A DNA stretch of 60,377 nt, from positions 1 through 60,377 of the forward strand of contig JANLHZ010000106.1 in assembly GCA_024653775.1 (NCBI GenBank). Direction: 5' to 3'. Both the position numbers and the translations under genes were made by a program. This DNA comes from Planctomycetota bacterium. Lineage in GTDB: Bacteria; Planctomycetota; UBA8742; JACQVU01; JANLHZ01. The notes beneath the pieces were generated by a model that saw nothing but the letters and a program-made list of their open reading frames with translations, ran no database searches and was not told the DNA's origin. Positions 49,601 to 57,873 of this stretch are shown one piece after another. Within the stretch, counting starts at the first letter, position 1; every line of letters starts with the position of its first letter.

Positions 49601-50279
49601 ATACTGCACGTCGCTTCCATACGTGGAGATCGACGAGAATAACCCGGTTGAGCCGCCCGCGGAGAGTCAAAACAACCGTCTGCCTTCGAACATGACTGTG
49701 AACGTTCTCTGGAGCGACGGCAACGTCTACGCGAGGCCTTTCTACGATTACGATCAGGCGACGGGCGCGCTGAAACCCGTGTTTCCGGACGGAAGAGACG
49801 TGGGCATCCCAAACTTCGGAAATCAGGTTCCGGTGCTGACGGTCAGACCTTCGGACGCGGAAGGCTACTGCCACTACCTTACGCGCAAATACGGAAATCA
49901 GTGGGAGTTCCGGCTTCCGACGGAAGAGGAGTGGGAGCGCGCGTACCGCGGCGCGGACGGTCGGCTCTATCCCTGGGGGAACAAGATGGACTTCACCTTC
50001 TGCGCGTCGTCAAGGGCGCGTCAGAGCGAGCCGACGTTCTATTCATTCGACGAGTTCCCGCTCGACGTCAGTCCTTTCGGGATAAAATATATGGCGGGCA
50101 ACGCCGCGGAGTGGACCAGCACCAAGCGGACGTTCCAGGGCTTCACGCAGTACCGTCTGAAGGGCGGCGGGTGGAGTTTCAGCGTGGCGGAGGAGTTCGC
50201 CGCGTGGAACGGACTCTGGGTGAACGATTTCTTCCCCCACGAAGCCGCGGGATTCCGGGTGGTTGCGACTGCGAGGTAA
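46659..50279 (+). CDS. FHA + Ser/Thr kinase + TM + helical region + FGE-sulfatase (SUMF1) domain protein
   Basis: IGRDPSND...SRKH...SSNGT (FHA); IGAGGMS, HRDLKNSN, DWGLAK, GTPSYMSPEQ; RLPTEEEWERA, YPWG, MAGNAAEW, GFRVV. Confidence 0.92.
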   Translation: MKHSFIIEEKGKKRKWKFPEGSRSATIGRDPSNDLQILEIKASRKHCEISTDDGDSLVLMDLKSSNGTKLNNQEVDREVLKPGDVIKIGKTKITFQGRAKAPTSDNGKEAPEEADEDIPEAVPAMDEEDEEIAAMPTFALSDDGDQGAGNREQGTEDRITIERTGNEPLATNHSPLETPEKKKKKKTKVVRDEDEESAKENESGEPENDDKTSADDSLDSVGKIKLQGDNGDKKKAVVASQQSKKYELVGRIGAGGMSSIVKVEDRDLMRVLAMKLLIEGNKASVNRVSRFQAEAQVTAQLDHPNIVPIHDLGIDSKGRPFFTMKLVSGLSLLDVVERMQDGDEELAKRFSQRRFLGVLLQVCNAISFSHARGVIHRDLKNSNVMVGDYGEVYVMDWGLAKVLGRAGEGTATTEDSNYVLTNRQTKDARKSKDGIIAGTPSYMSPEQALGKNDEVDERTDVYSLGGMLYEYLTGTPPFLGDDPKKVMLDVVEKEIEPPGVRNPKAKVPAELSAITMKALSKDRELRYASVKDFAEDISSFLEGKSVSAKKDNFFMQAVKWTRRHWIIPTIVGAVVVTALTVVFVLLGAFESMYDQTPVAKALYEEGKFFETRAETVRKTALDLIDQTKFEEAFKKREEAEMLFAQAIEKFAATAAIDSLFKRQAEERLDGLRAQKSQLIFEQAEKLVLQGNEFKNLYANIRNRALGDLQKQVFLAERNVQGYEDFGDAVKQEAIEFRRQLADLEARMDQAFLQAQDRYLRALTLVPYDEENPKTADFSSALARLYLLRFRTSEDSGNDRDARYFMDLVSHYDVKEEFQAIIVGDAELVLNVDSRGENVSVTIGKLNTSAFRFDFSEHQVENHPDGFVIADASKLESGMYSLAPPYAGKRVSLPMGSYMLYVTPEDGSTLMPLQTNFIIGRGRPATLDLKMYSRSETPPGCALVSSGKMLRENEATNVLQETNSIDSFFIGINEVSLAEYLEYCTSLPYVEIDENNPVEPPAESQNNRLPSNMTVNVLWSDGNVYARPFYDYDQATGALKPVFPDGRDVGIPNFGNQVPVLTVRPSDAEGYCHYLTRKYGNQWEFRLPTEEEWERAYRGADGRLYPWGNKMDFTFCASSRARQSEPTFYSFDEFPLDVSPFGIKYMAGNAAEWTSTKRTFQGFTQYRLKGGGWSFSVAEEFAAWNGLWVNDFFPHEAAGFRVVATAR

Positions 50280-50281
50280 AA

Positions 50282-50578
50282 ATGGAATTTCCGACGGATG
50301 GACCTGTGAAAATGCGCGTTACAAGGGGCGGAATCAAAGACACCGATCCTGAGATCGAAATGCTCCAGATCGAAATGATGCGAAAAGCCAGTTCCGTTCG
50401 CAAATTCGAAATGATGTGCCAGATGTATGACTTCGTACGGAATCTCGGATTATCTGGAATTCGAAAGAGACATCCGGACGCGAGCGAAGCCGAACTGCGG
50501 AGGAGGCTTGCCGATTTGCTTCTCGGAAAAGATTTGGCGAGAACCGTCTACGGTCCACCTGAATCTAAGGGCGAATAG
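50282..50578 (+). CDS. Small helical protein, putative antitoxin or partner of the nucleotidyltransferase
   Basis: DTDPEIEMLQIEMMRK...GIRKRHPDASEAELRRRLA; GAGG RBS; stop one base before the next ATG. Confidence 0.65.
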   Translation: MEFPTDGPVKMRVTRGGIKDTDPEIEMLQIEMMRKASSVRKFEMMCQMYDFVRNLGLSGIRKRHPDASEAELRRRLADLLLGKDLARTVYGPPESKGE

Positions 50579-50579
50579 A

Positions 50580-51200
50580 ATGCTCAGCGAACCTTTTCTT
50601 GCCTTGAAGGGCATCGTCGATGCGTTCCACAAACTTGGAATCGAATATTACATCGGGGGTTCCGTGGCTAGTTCGATTCACGGGGTATTACGCTCTACGC
50701 TTGACGCGGACTTGGTTGCGGACATCGGGCTTCAGCAAGTCGATAAACTTGTCGGGCTTCTCGAAAAGGATTACTATATCAGTGCTTCCGCGGTGAGACA
50801 GGCGATCGTCCGAAAGAGCAGTTTCAACGCGATTCACTTGAAAATGATGTTCAAAGTCGATGTGTTCGTTCTGAGCAACCGTCAGTTCGATCGAGAGCAA
50901 TTTAAAAGGCGTAGGCTCGAACCGACTTCAGAGAACGTCAGCTTTGTTTTCGCTGCCCCCGAGGACATCATTCTCGCGAAACTCGAATGGTACAAACTTG
51001 GCGAAGGGGTTTCCGACAGACAGTGGAACGACCTCATCGGAGTTCTGGAGGTCAAGTGGAACGACGTCGATTTCGATTACCTCCGGAAGTGGGCCAGCGA
51101 AATCGACGTGTCGGATCTTCTGGAAGAAGCGATCGAAGAAGTCCGCACGACGTTTGAAGCCGCGAGGAAGTCGCACGAAAGCGGCGAGTCGGACGAATAA
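50580..51200 (+). CDS. Nucleotidyltransferase-like protein (putative toxin)
   Basis: YYIGGSVASSIHG..RSTLDADL, KVDVF, PEDIILAKL...RQWND. Confidence 0.78.
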   Translation: MLSEPFLALKGIVDAFHKLGIEYYIGGSVASSIHGVLRSTLDADLVADIGLQQVDKLVGLLEKDYYISASAVRQAIVRKSSFNAIHLKMMFKVDVFVLSNRQFDREQFKRRRLEPTSENVSFVFAAPEDIILAKLEWYKLGEGVSDRQWNDLIGVLEVKWNDVDFDYLRKWASEIDVSDLLEEAIEEVRTTFEAARKSHESGESDE

Positions 51201-51247
51201 TATCATCCGGTGTTGCAAGGTCTTGCAGACGCTGGGAAGATTCAGCG

Positions 51248-54178
51248 ATGCTAAGGCTCTACTGGCTTCTAACCGGACGATCGCTCGCGCGCGCGCTCGT
51301 TCACGGCGCGGCGGTGACGTTCACCTTCTGGCTTCGGGCGTGGCGCTGGTTCCTGCTGAAGCTTCGTATGAAAAAGGCCGGGGCGGACCCGGGCGAGCTG
51401 ATCCGGAAGATGCCGGCGTCGTTTTTCAATTACCCGCTCCGGTGCTTCCTCAGCATTCTCGCGATCGCGCTCGGCGTGGCGCTGTTCGTATCGGGAGACC
51501 TTGCGGGAAAAACGCTCATCGACAGCTTCGCGAAGAGCGTCCAGAGCATTTCGTCAAAGGCGGATTTCAGCGTCAGTTACAACGCCGCGGGGATCGAACT
51601 TGCGGAATATTTCAAACTCGTGGACGCGAAGGACAAGCTCGGAATCGAAGCGCTCGCGCCGTTTATGGAACGTAACGCGCGGGTGATAATCAGGGGACAG
51701 GGGGAAGGATCGCATGCGGAGAACGTGCATCTGATCCACATCATGGGAATCGATCCGTCCCGCGACGCTTCCGTGCGCAATTACGGGTCGGACCCGGAAA
51801 AGTCTCTCGTCCTCGATTACCCGGAAGGCGTCGACGAGAGCTGGCGGAACTTCGTAAGCGACGAAAACATGCTGAGGCAGATGACGGAGGAAAACCTCGC
51901 GCTCCTTAAACTCGGGCTTTCGATGGGCGGAAGTATGATTCCAGCGGGCGCGCCTCTGCGAAGGTTCATCGAAGGCGATGTCGGAGCGCTGCCCGCGATG
52001 TTCCGTCCGCTGATAGTGACGGACGATTTTCTCGCGCAGCACGACCTCCAACTCGGCGACGAAATCGAAATCAACACGGGCAAAGGCAGGATGAACTTCC
52101 GCATCTCCGGGAAGGTTACGCTCGAAGGCGCATCCCGCGCCGTCTCGAAGGACATCGCGTTCATGCCGATAATGTTCGCGCAGTTCGCGTTCAACTCCCT
52201 TGGACGGATCGACCGCGTGGACGTCGTTTTGAAGGAAGACTCGAAGCGCGAGGAAGTACAGAAAAGCATCCGCGAGCTGCTGTCACCCGGAGTCAGCTTC
52301 GCCACCAACGATGAGGCGATCGACGACTTCCAGAAAGCCGTGGCGGGATTCCGGAACATTCTCGTCGTGTCGAGCCTCGTGACGCTGCTCGTCGGCATGT
52401 TCTTCATCGCGAACACCATCTCGATGAGCGTCGTCGAGCGCACCAGGGAAACCGGAATCCTCCGCAGCCTCGGCGCGACGCGCTCCCAGATCGTGTGGAT
52501 GTTCGTGGGGGAAGGCACCACCATCGGAATCATCGGCTCGATCTTAGGCGTTCCCGCCGGAATCCTGATGGCCCGCGGGACAGGGTGGTTCCTTATGCAG
52601 TCAGTCGAGATGCTGTTCGTCACCTACGAGACGGAATCGACGACTCTCGATCCGACGACTCTCACGCTCGGACTCGTCCTTGGCGTCGCGATGGCGTTCC
52701 TCGCGTCGCTACTTCCTGCGCTTCAGGCGGCAAGGACGAATCCGCTGGACGTACTGCGCGCAAGCTCGTACAAGGCCGCGATGAGGGGGACGTACTACCC
52801 GGCATTCATTCTCGGACTGGCGCTAATCGCGGGTAGCCTTTACCTCTGGCATAGTCCGATCTTCGGCTATTACTCCGGACACGCGTTCATATTCGCCAGC
52901 ACGATCGCGTTCGCGATGATCGCGCCGCAGCTCACAAGCTGGTTCTGCGAGATCGCGAAGAAACTTTCGAGCTGGTTCTTTTTCCTGACACCAAGGCTCG
53001 CTGCGGAAAACCTGATGCACCATCCGCTGCGCACCGCGATGACCGTGGTCGTGATGGCGCTTTCGTTCAACCTCGTGATCGCGGTCGGAGTGATGTCCGA
53101 CAGCCTGAAACAGTCGATGAGCGACTGGATGACCGTCACATTCCCAGGCGACATCGCAATCACGACAAGCGACAAGGTCACCAATATCGGCAGGTTCAAT
53201 CCCATCGACGAGAGTTTCAAGGATGAGCTGCTTTCCGTCGAAGGCGTCGACCACGTCGTTGGACTCCGGTTCCCGAAGACCACATACAAAGGGCAGACGC
53301 TCCTGCTCGGCTGCTTCGATATGGACGAGTATGTCAAAACAGCGTTCGCGAACGTCACCGAGTCGGACTTCGTCGATCTCCCGGTGAAGTCGCGCGATGA
53401 CTTCCGGCCACTGATAGAAAGACTGAAGGACGTCAACAGGCCGTCGCTGATCGCGTCCGAAAACTTCGAGGTGCTACACGAAAAGGGCCTCGGCGATTTC
53501 GTAACTCTCGACACGCTGAGCGGCCCGGTTGATTTCGAGATCGTCGCGATGCAGCTAGACTATTCGTGGCCGAAGGGATTTCTCGAATTCGAACGCGCAG
53601 TATACAAACACTACTTCAAGGACAACTTGTGCGACGTCTTCGATGTTGGTGTGAAGAAAGGCGAAAATATCGACGCGGTGACCGCGAGAATCTTCGATAA
53701 GGTAGCGGACAAGTATTCGCTGACGATAATGCCGCAGTCGAGGTATCAGTTGACCTTACTCGCCGCAATTGACGAAATGTATAGAATGAGCTACGTGCAG
53801 GCGGTGCTTGCGCTATTCATCGGACTTTTCGGAATCGTTGTAACGATCACCATCAGCGTAATCACGCGCACCCGCGAACTTGGACTCCTCCGGGCCGTCG
53901 GGATGCAGCGAAAACAACTGATGAAAATGGTGTTCTTCGAGTCGCTGTTCCTTAGTATCACCGGGGGGATCATCGGTATCGTTTCGGGACAACTCTCGAT
54001 AATTCCGATCAACATGCTTTTCATGTCTGAAGTCGGCTTTACGATCGCGTACACTTTCCCTGGGCCGACAGTGGCGGTGGTTGCGGTCCTGAGCGTCCTG
54101 TGCGGAGTAGGCGCGGCGCTGATCCCGGCCTGGCGGGCATCGCAACTAAAAATCACCGAAGCCATCAGCTACGAGTGA
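51248..54178 (+). CDS. ABC transporter permease, FtsX/MacB family with duplicated domains
   Basis: ERTRETGILRSLGA and RTRELGLLRAVGM motifs; many TM helices; PAWRASQLKITEAISYE. Confidence 0.9.
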   Translation: MLRLYWLLTGRSLARALVHGAAVTFTFWLRAWRWFLLKLRMKKAGADPGELIRKMPASFFNYPLRCFLSILAIALGVALFVSGDLAGKTLIDSFAKSVQSISSKADFSVSYNAAGIELAEYFKLVDAKDKLGIEALAPFMERNARVIIRGQGEGSHAENVHLIHIMGIDPSRDASVRNYGSDPEKSLVLDYPEGVDESWRNFVSDENMLRQMTEENLALLKLGLSMGGSMIPAGAPLRRFIEGDVGALPAMFRPLIVTDDFLAQHDLQLGDEIEINTGKGRMNFRISGKVTLEGASRAVSKDIAFMPIMFAQFAFNSLGRIDRVDVVLKEDSKREEVQKSIRELLSPGVSFATNDEAIDDFQKAVAGFRNILVVSSLVTLLVGMFFIANTISMSVVERTRETGILRSLGATRSQIVWMFVGEGTTIGIIGSILGVPAGILMARGTGWFLMQSVEMLFVTYETESTTLDPTTLTLGLVLGVAMAFLASLLPALQAARTNPLDVLRASSYKAAMRGTYYPAFILGLALIAGSLYLWHSPIFGYYSGHAFIFASTIAFAMIAPQLTSWFCEIAKKLSSWFFFLTPRLAAENLMHHPLRTAMTVVVMALSFNLVIAVGVMSDSLKQSMSDWMTVTFPGDIAITTSDKVTNIGRFNPIDESFKDELLSVEGVDHVVGLRFPKTTYKGQTLLLGCFDMDEYVKTAFANVTESDFVDLPVKSRDDFRPLIERLKDVNRPSLIASENFEVLHEKGLGDFVTLDTLSGPVDFEIVAMQLDYSWPKGFLEFERAVYKHYFKDNLCDVFDVGVKKGENIDAVTARIFDKVADKYSLTIMPQSRYQLTLLAAIDEMYRMSYVQAVLALFIGLFGIVVTITISVITRTRELGLLRAVGMQRKQLMKMVFFESLFLSITGGIIGIVSGQLSIIPINMLFMSEVGFTIAYTFPGPTVAVVAVLSVLCGVGAALIPAWRASQLKITEAISYE

Positions 54179-54601
54179 TTAGCGATGTGCACATAGTGCG
54201 ATTTTTCGTGCGCAGATTTGTCTGAAAAAAATTACAAGCTGAAGATGTGGGAATATGAGGACGAATAGACAAGTAGCGGAGAGCATTAAAGGAACAAAGT
54301 GTAACTTTAATCTTTTTTGAGAAAACTCGAAAAAAATTGAAGAATTGGTTTAGCTTTTTGAAGTTGGACGTTAGCATGCCCGCTTGTATTTTAAACCATC
54401 ACAAGTTGTTTCTTTATTGTTTTCTGATTGAGTGTGGCACAGGTTTTGTGTACAAACGTTTGTCACGTACAGGCTTTTCAAGAGACTTAACGTTCGCTAC
54501 GGTCGTCCTCGGATGAATCCGAAGTTGCCATGCGGATGTGACTCTTTCTCGCTTGATCGAATTTGTATCAGAATAAAGCGAACATAGACCCCAAGCGGTA
54601 G

Positions 54602-56005
54602 ATGAACCTCCTCAAAGACGAGAAATTTAAAGAGCTTTTGAACTTCGAATACACCTTCGAAGAGAAGTTGATCGAGCTTGCGAAGATTCTTTCGAGGTAT
54701 TCCGACGGCTCCGGCGTGCGCGAGAAAATGAGCAAGGCGCTCGAATTTCTCGTGGCGATTCGAAACTACCACAATTCCCGGCGGGAGTTCAATTCCCAGA
54801 AAGTCGCGCTCGATCAGATGTCGAGGGTTCGCGATCAGGGACTTTTTACAGGCGACAGCAGGTTCCAGGATCTGTACGAGAAATGCGAGTCCGATTACCT
54901 CCAGCGCTCCGAGAACTTTCTGCAGAAGAACTATGTGCTGAAGAGCACCATCGACGAGGTGCTTTCGATCCTTAGCAGCCCCGCGGGAGACTCCGAAGTT
55001 TCCATAACGGAGCTTCGCGAGGCTTTCGACGAGCTGCGCCATTCCGACTGGGCGGACAAGTACCCTAGCTTCTCGAACGGCGTTTACGCCGCGCACGGGG
55101 GACAAGGGGAGGAGTCGCACGAAGGCGACCTGCTTTCCGCCGGCGGCGAGTTGGAAGAAACGAAATCCGCGCTCAGCGAAGCGAGGTCGAGGATCGAGGA
55201 ACTTGAGACCCAGCACGAGGAACTGACCCAGGAAATCGAGCAGCTTCGGGATCAGGCCGGGGAGGCGATCATCGCGCGGGAAGAGGCGGAGAGCCTCAGC
55301 CAGGAAGTCGCAAGTCTCCACAAACAGCTCGAGGACGCGGAAAACGCGCTCGAAGAAGCTCGTAAGTCTGGTGCCGGCGATGCGGGCGGAGAAGAAGTCG
55401 AATCTCTTCGCAGGGAAAACTATGATCTTTCATCCCGGATATCTAACCTCGAGGCGGAGATAAATCACATCAGGGCGGAGGCCGAATCGGCGAAATCGCC
55501 CATCCCGTCGATTTCGGAAGAGAGGCCCGTGCGCGAGGCAAAGGTAGTATCCATTTCGGATTCGCTGAAGGCCGCGCCGGATCATCAAGGAGATTCGGGC
55601 GGAATAAAGAAGAAAAAGAAGAAAAAGCACGTCAAAGACGCTACCGCGGACGCCCCGGTGAAAAAGAAAAAGAAGAAAAAGCACGTCAAAGACGCTTCCG
55701 CGGACGGCGCGGTGAAAAAGAAAAAGAAGAAAAAGCACGCTGAAGACGCTTCCGCTGACGGTGCGGTGAAAAAGAAGAAGAAAAAGCACGCTGAAGACGC
55801 TTCTGCTGACGCCCCGGTGAAAAAGAAAAAGAAGAAAAAGCACGCCGAAGACGCTTCTGCAGGCGCCCCGGCGAAAAAGAAAAAGAAGAAGAAGCACGCT
55901 GAAGCTGGTGCCGGCGCAGGTGAGGTGAAGAAAAAGAAGAAAGTCGTTGCAGCGGTGGAAGGTGGAACCGAAGCGAAGAAGAAGAAAAAGAAGATCAAGG
56001 CCTGA
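54602..56005 (+). CDS. Coiled-coil protein with a C-terminal poly-lysine repeat tail
   Basis: Acidic heptad region, then repeated KKKKKKKHxxDASADxxV. Confidence 0.8.
   Translation: MNLLKDEKFKELLNFEYTFEEKLIELAKILSRYSDGSGVREKMSKALEFLVAIRNYHNSRREFNSQKVALDQMSRVRDQGLFTGDSRFQDLYEKCESDYLQRSENFLQKNYVLKSTIDEVLSILSSPAGDSEVSITELREAFDELRHSDWADKYPSFSNGVYAAHGGQGEESHEGDLLSAGGELEETKSALSEARSRIEELETQHEELTQEIEQLRDQAGEAIIAREEAESLSQEVASLHKQLEDAENALEEARKSGAGDAGGEEVESLRRENYDLSSRISNLEAEINHIRAEAESAKSPIPSISEERPVREAKVVSISDSLKAAPDHQGDSGGIKKKKKKKHVKDATADAPVKKKKKKKHVKDASADGAVKKKKKKKHAEDASADGAVKKKKKKHAEDASADAPVKKKKKKKHAEDASAGAPAKKKKKKKHAEAGAGAGEVKKKKKVVAAVEGGTEAKKKKKKIKA
55606..55999 (+). repeat. Coding tandem repeat, ~54-bp unit with 8 poly-Lys blocks
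   Basis: aaaaagaaaaagaagaaaaagcacg...gacgcttccgcggacg... repeated. Confidence 0.9.
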
Positions 56006-56025
56006 TCTTCCGGCGCCGACGACTT

Positions 56026-56135
56026 AGAAACTATCTCAAGCTCCGATTTCTGGTAATTCGGAGCCGTCAAACGAGACGTTTGACGGCTTTTGCGGACGAG
56101 GACGTCCGCGGTCCCAGGCGCCTACGATAGTTTGC
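56026..56135 (+). mobile_element. MITE-like family A copy
   Basis: AGAAACTATCTCAAG, three hairpins, variant right end GCCTACGATAGTTT. Confidence 0.8.
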
Positions 56136-56144
56136 TTCGACTAT

Positions 56145-56903
56145 CTACTCCTGCCCGAGAGCTTTGGCGAGCCGTCCTCGCAGGTCTTTGATGAAGCTGT
56201 CTCGCTTTTCGTCGGCCTGTTGCTCCGTCGCGTCTCCGGGAACCGCGTAATCGGTAATGTTTATCGGATCGAGAATGTTAAGCGTCACCTGCCCTGGAAA
56301 CATCTTGAAGCTGCCCTTCGGCTGAATCTTGTGCGCCCCCTCCACCGCAACGGGAACGACCGGAAGCATGGTCTCGGTAGCGAAGTAGTAAAGCCCTTTC
56401 TTGAGCTGCGCGAGCTTTCCGTCCATAGAACGCGTACCCTCCGGAAACCAGAACACGCTGACGTTCCCCCACCTGATCTTCTCGAGAAGCTTTGCGAGGG
56501 AGCGTTTGTCCTTTTCGGAGTTGCCGCGGGTAAGCGGCACCTGCCAGAGCCGCCACATGGCCCAGCCGAACCAGGGGATCCAGAACAGCGATTTCTTCGC
56601 GACGAACGCGCCCGGACGTCTGATTTCGCCGAAGAGCGAGAACACATCCATCCAGCTCGAGTGATTCGCAGCGATGATCAGAGGCCCGTCGGGAAGCTTC
56701 TCGCGTCCTTTCATAACGATTTTCGACCCGCTCAGGAACACCGCCCCGCGCGCCCAGAACGAAACGATCGCTTTCAGCGCAAAACCTTTAAGTCTCATGC
56801 AGAACGCAGGCAGCATCGCAAACGGCGTCACGATGACGAGCCAGAAAATCGTCCACACAAGAAACACCACCCACCAGTAAACGGCGCGTAATCTCGCAAG
56901 CAT
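56145..56903 (-). CDS. plsC: 1-acyl-sn-glycerol-3-phosphate acyltransferase (PlsC family), paralog 2
   Basis: ANHSSWMD, FPEGTRS, KKG, PVVPVAV. Confidence 0.88.
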   Translation of the reverse strand: MLARLRAVYWWVVFLVWTIFWLVIVTPFAMLPAFCMRLKGFALKAIVSFWARGAVFLSGSKIVMKGREKLPDGPLIIAANHSSWMDVFSLFGEIRRPGAFVAKKSLFWIPWFGWAMWRLWQVPLTRGNSEKDKRSLAKLLEKIRWGNVSVFWFPEGTRSMDGKLAQLKKGLYYFATETMLPVVPVAVEGAHKIQPKGSFKMFPGQVTLNILDPINITDYAVPGDATEQQADEKRDSFIKDLRGRLAKALGQE

Positions 56904-56947
56904 TCGATCACCTCAGTTCGGGCGAAAACCTTCGAACCTTTCCGCGA

Positions 56948-57733
56948 CTATACAGGTTTCGAAAGCGGAATGGAACCCCCCTCGGAACATGAACCCGCAG
57001 ATTCGAAAAGTCCACGTTCCAGCCTTTCGCGAAGTTCCGCCAGGAATTTTTCGCTCGACTCACGTATCCGCTCATCCTTTGCCGCGTTATTATCCGCGTA
57101 TACGAAATCGAGCACGCATAGCCGGATTTCGCCCGGGGTGACGCGGATCGCGCCTTTGGGCAGGACGTCAAACGCGCCCTTTATCGCGATCGGAACGACG
57201 GGCAGCCCGGTCTGACGCGCGAAGTGGTAGATTCCCTTTTTCAGATGGCATAGCTTTCCGTCCTTCGAACGGGTGCCCTCCGGAAACCAGAACACGCTCA
57301 GTCTGTCGCGGTTCATCCGCGCGAGCAGTCTTTCGATCTGCCTTTTGTCCTTGCCTCTATCCTGCCTGGTGAGCGGGATGTGACCCCAACTCCACATTAT
57401 CCAGCCGAAGAGGGGAATCCAGAACAGCGATTTCTTCGCGCCGAACACGCCTCTGCGGGGGATCGTGGCGAATAGCGCGAACACGTCCATCCAACTCGTA
57501 TGGTTCGCGGCGACGATGAACGGGCCGTCCGGCAGCTTTTCTAGTCCCGAGATTTCGAATCGCGAACCCGTGAGACGTATCGCGCCGCGGCCCCAGATTC
57601 TCGGGTTGTGAAACGCGCCGAACGCCTTGATCCGCCCCGGAGCGATCGAGAACGGGAGCGAAAGCGCGATCCAGATCAATGACCAGCCGAAGAACGCGAT
57701 CCACCAGAAAATTCCGCGAAGATATGACGCCAT
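56948..57733 (-). CDS. plsC: 1-acyl-sn-glycerol-3-phosphate acyltransferase (PlsC family), paralog 1
   Basis: ANHTSWMD, FPEGTRS, KKG, PVVPIAI. Confidence 0.88.
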   Translation of the reverse strand: MASYLRGIFWWIAFFGWSLIWIALSLPFSIAPGRIKAFGAFHNPRIWGRGAIRLTGSRFEISGLEKLPDGPFIVAANHTSWMDVFALFATIPRRGVFGAKKSLFWIPLFGWIMWSWGHIPLTRQDRGKDKRQIERLLARMNRDRLSVFWFPEGTRSKDGKLCHLKKGIYHFARQTGLPVVPIAIKGAFDVLPKGAIRVTPGEIRLCVLDFVYADNNAAKDERIRESSEKFLAELRERLERGLFESAGSCSEGGSIPLSKPV

Positions 57734-57764
57734 AGGGGAAATATATCGGACGAAAGAGCGATTT

Positions 57765-57860
57765 AGAAACTATCTCGATCAAAGGTTTTCGCGTTTTCCG
57801 GGCCTTCGGAAGAGACATCCGAAGGCTTTTGCGCGACAAGACGTCTGCACTCCCACGCGC
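57765..57860 (+). mobile_element. Family A variant with a degenerate right end
   Basis: AGAAACTATCTC, GCCTTCGGA-AGAGACA-TCCGAAGGC, GAC-AAGAC-GTCTGCACTCCCA. Confidence 0.65.
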
Positions 57861-57873
57861 CACTCCCAGGAAA

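Noticed and set aside
49450-50279. FGE-sulfatase domain as a DGR target
   Set aside because: No second copy of its 3' region and no reverse transcriptase in the window
55606-55999. Regular repeats as a CRISPR array
   Set aside because: The spacers resemble each other, the repeats are in frame within a CDS, and there are no cas genes
55430-56070. Poly-Phe/Leu minus-strand ORFs
   Set aside because: They are the reverse-complement readout of the poly-Lys repeat
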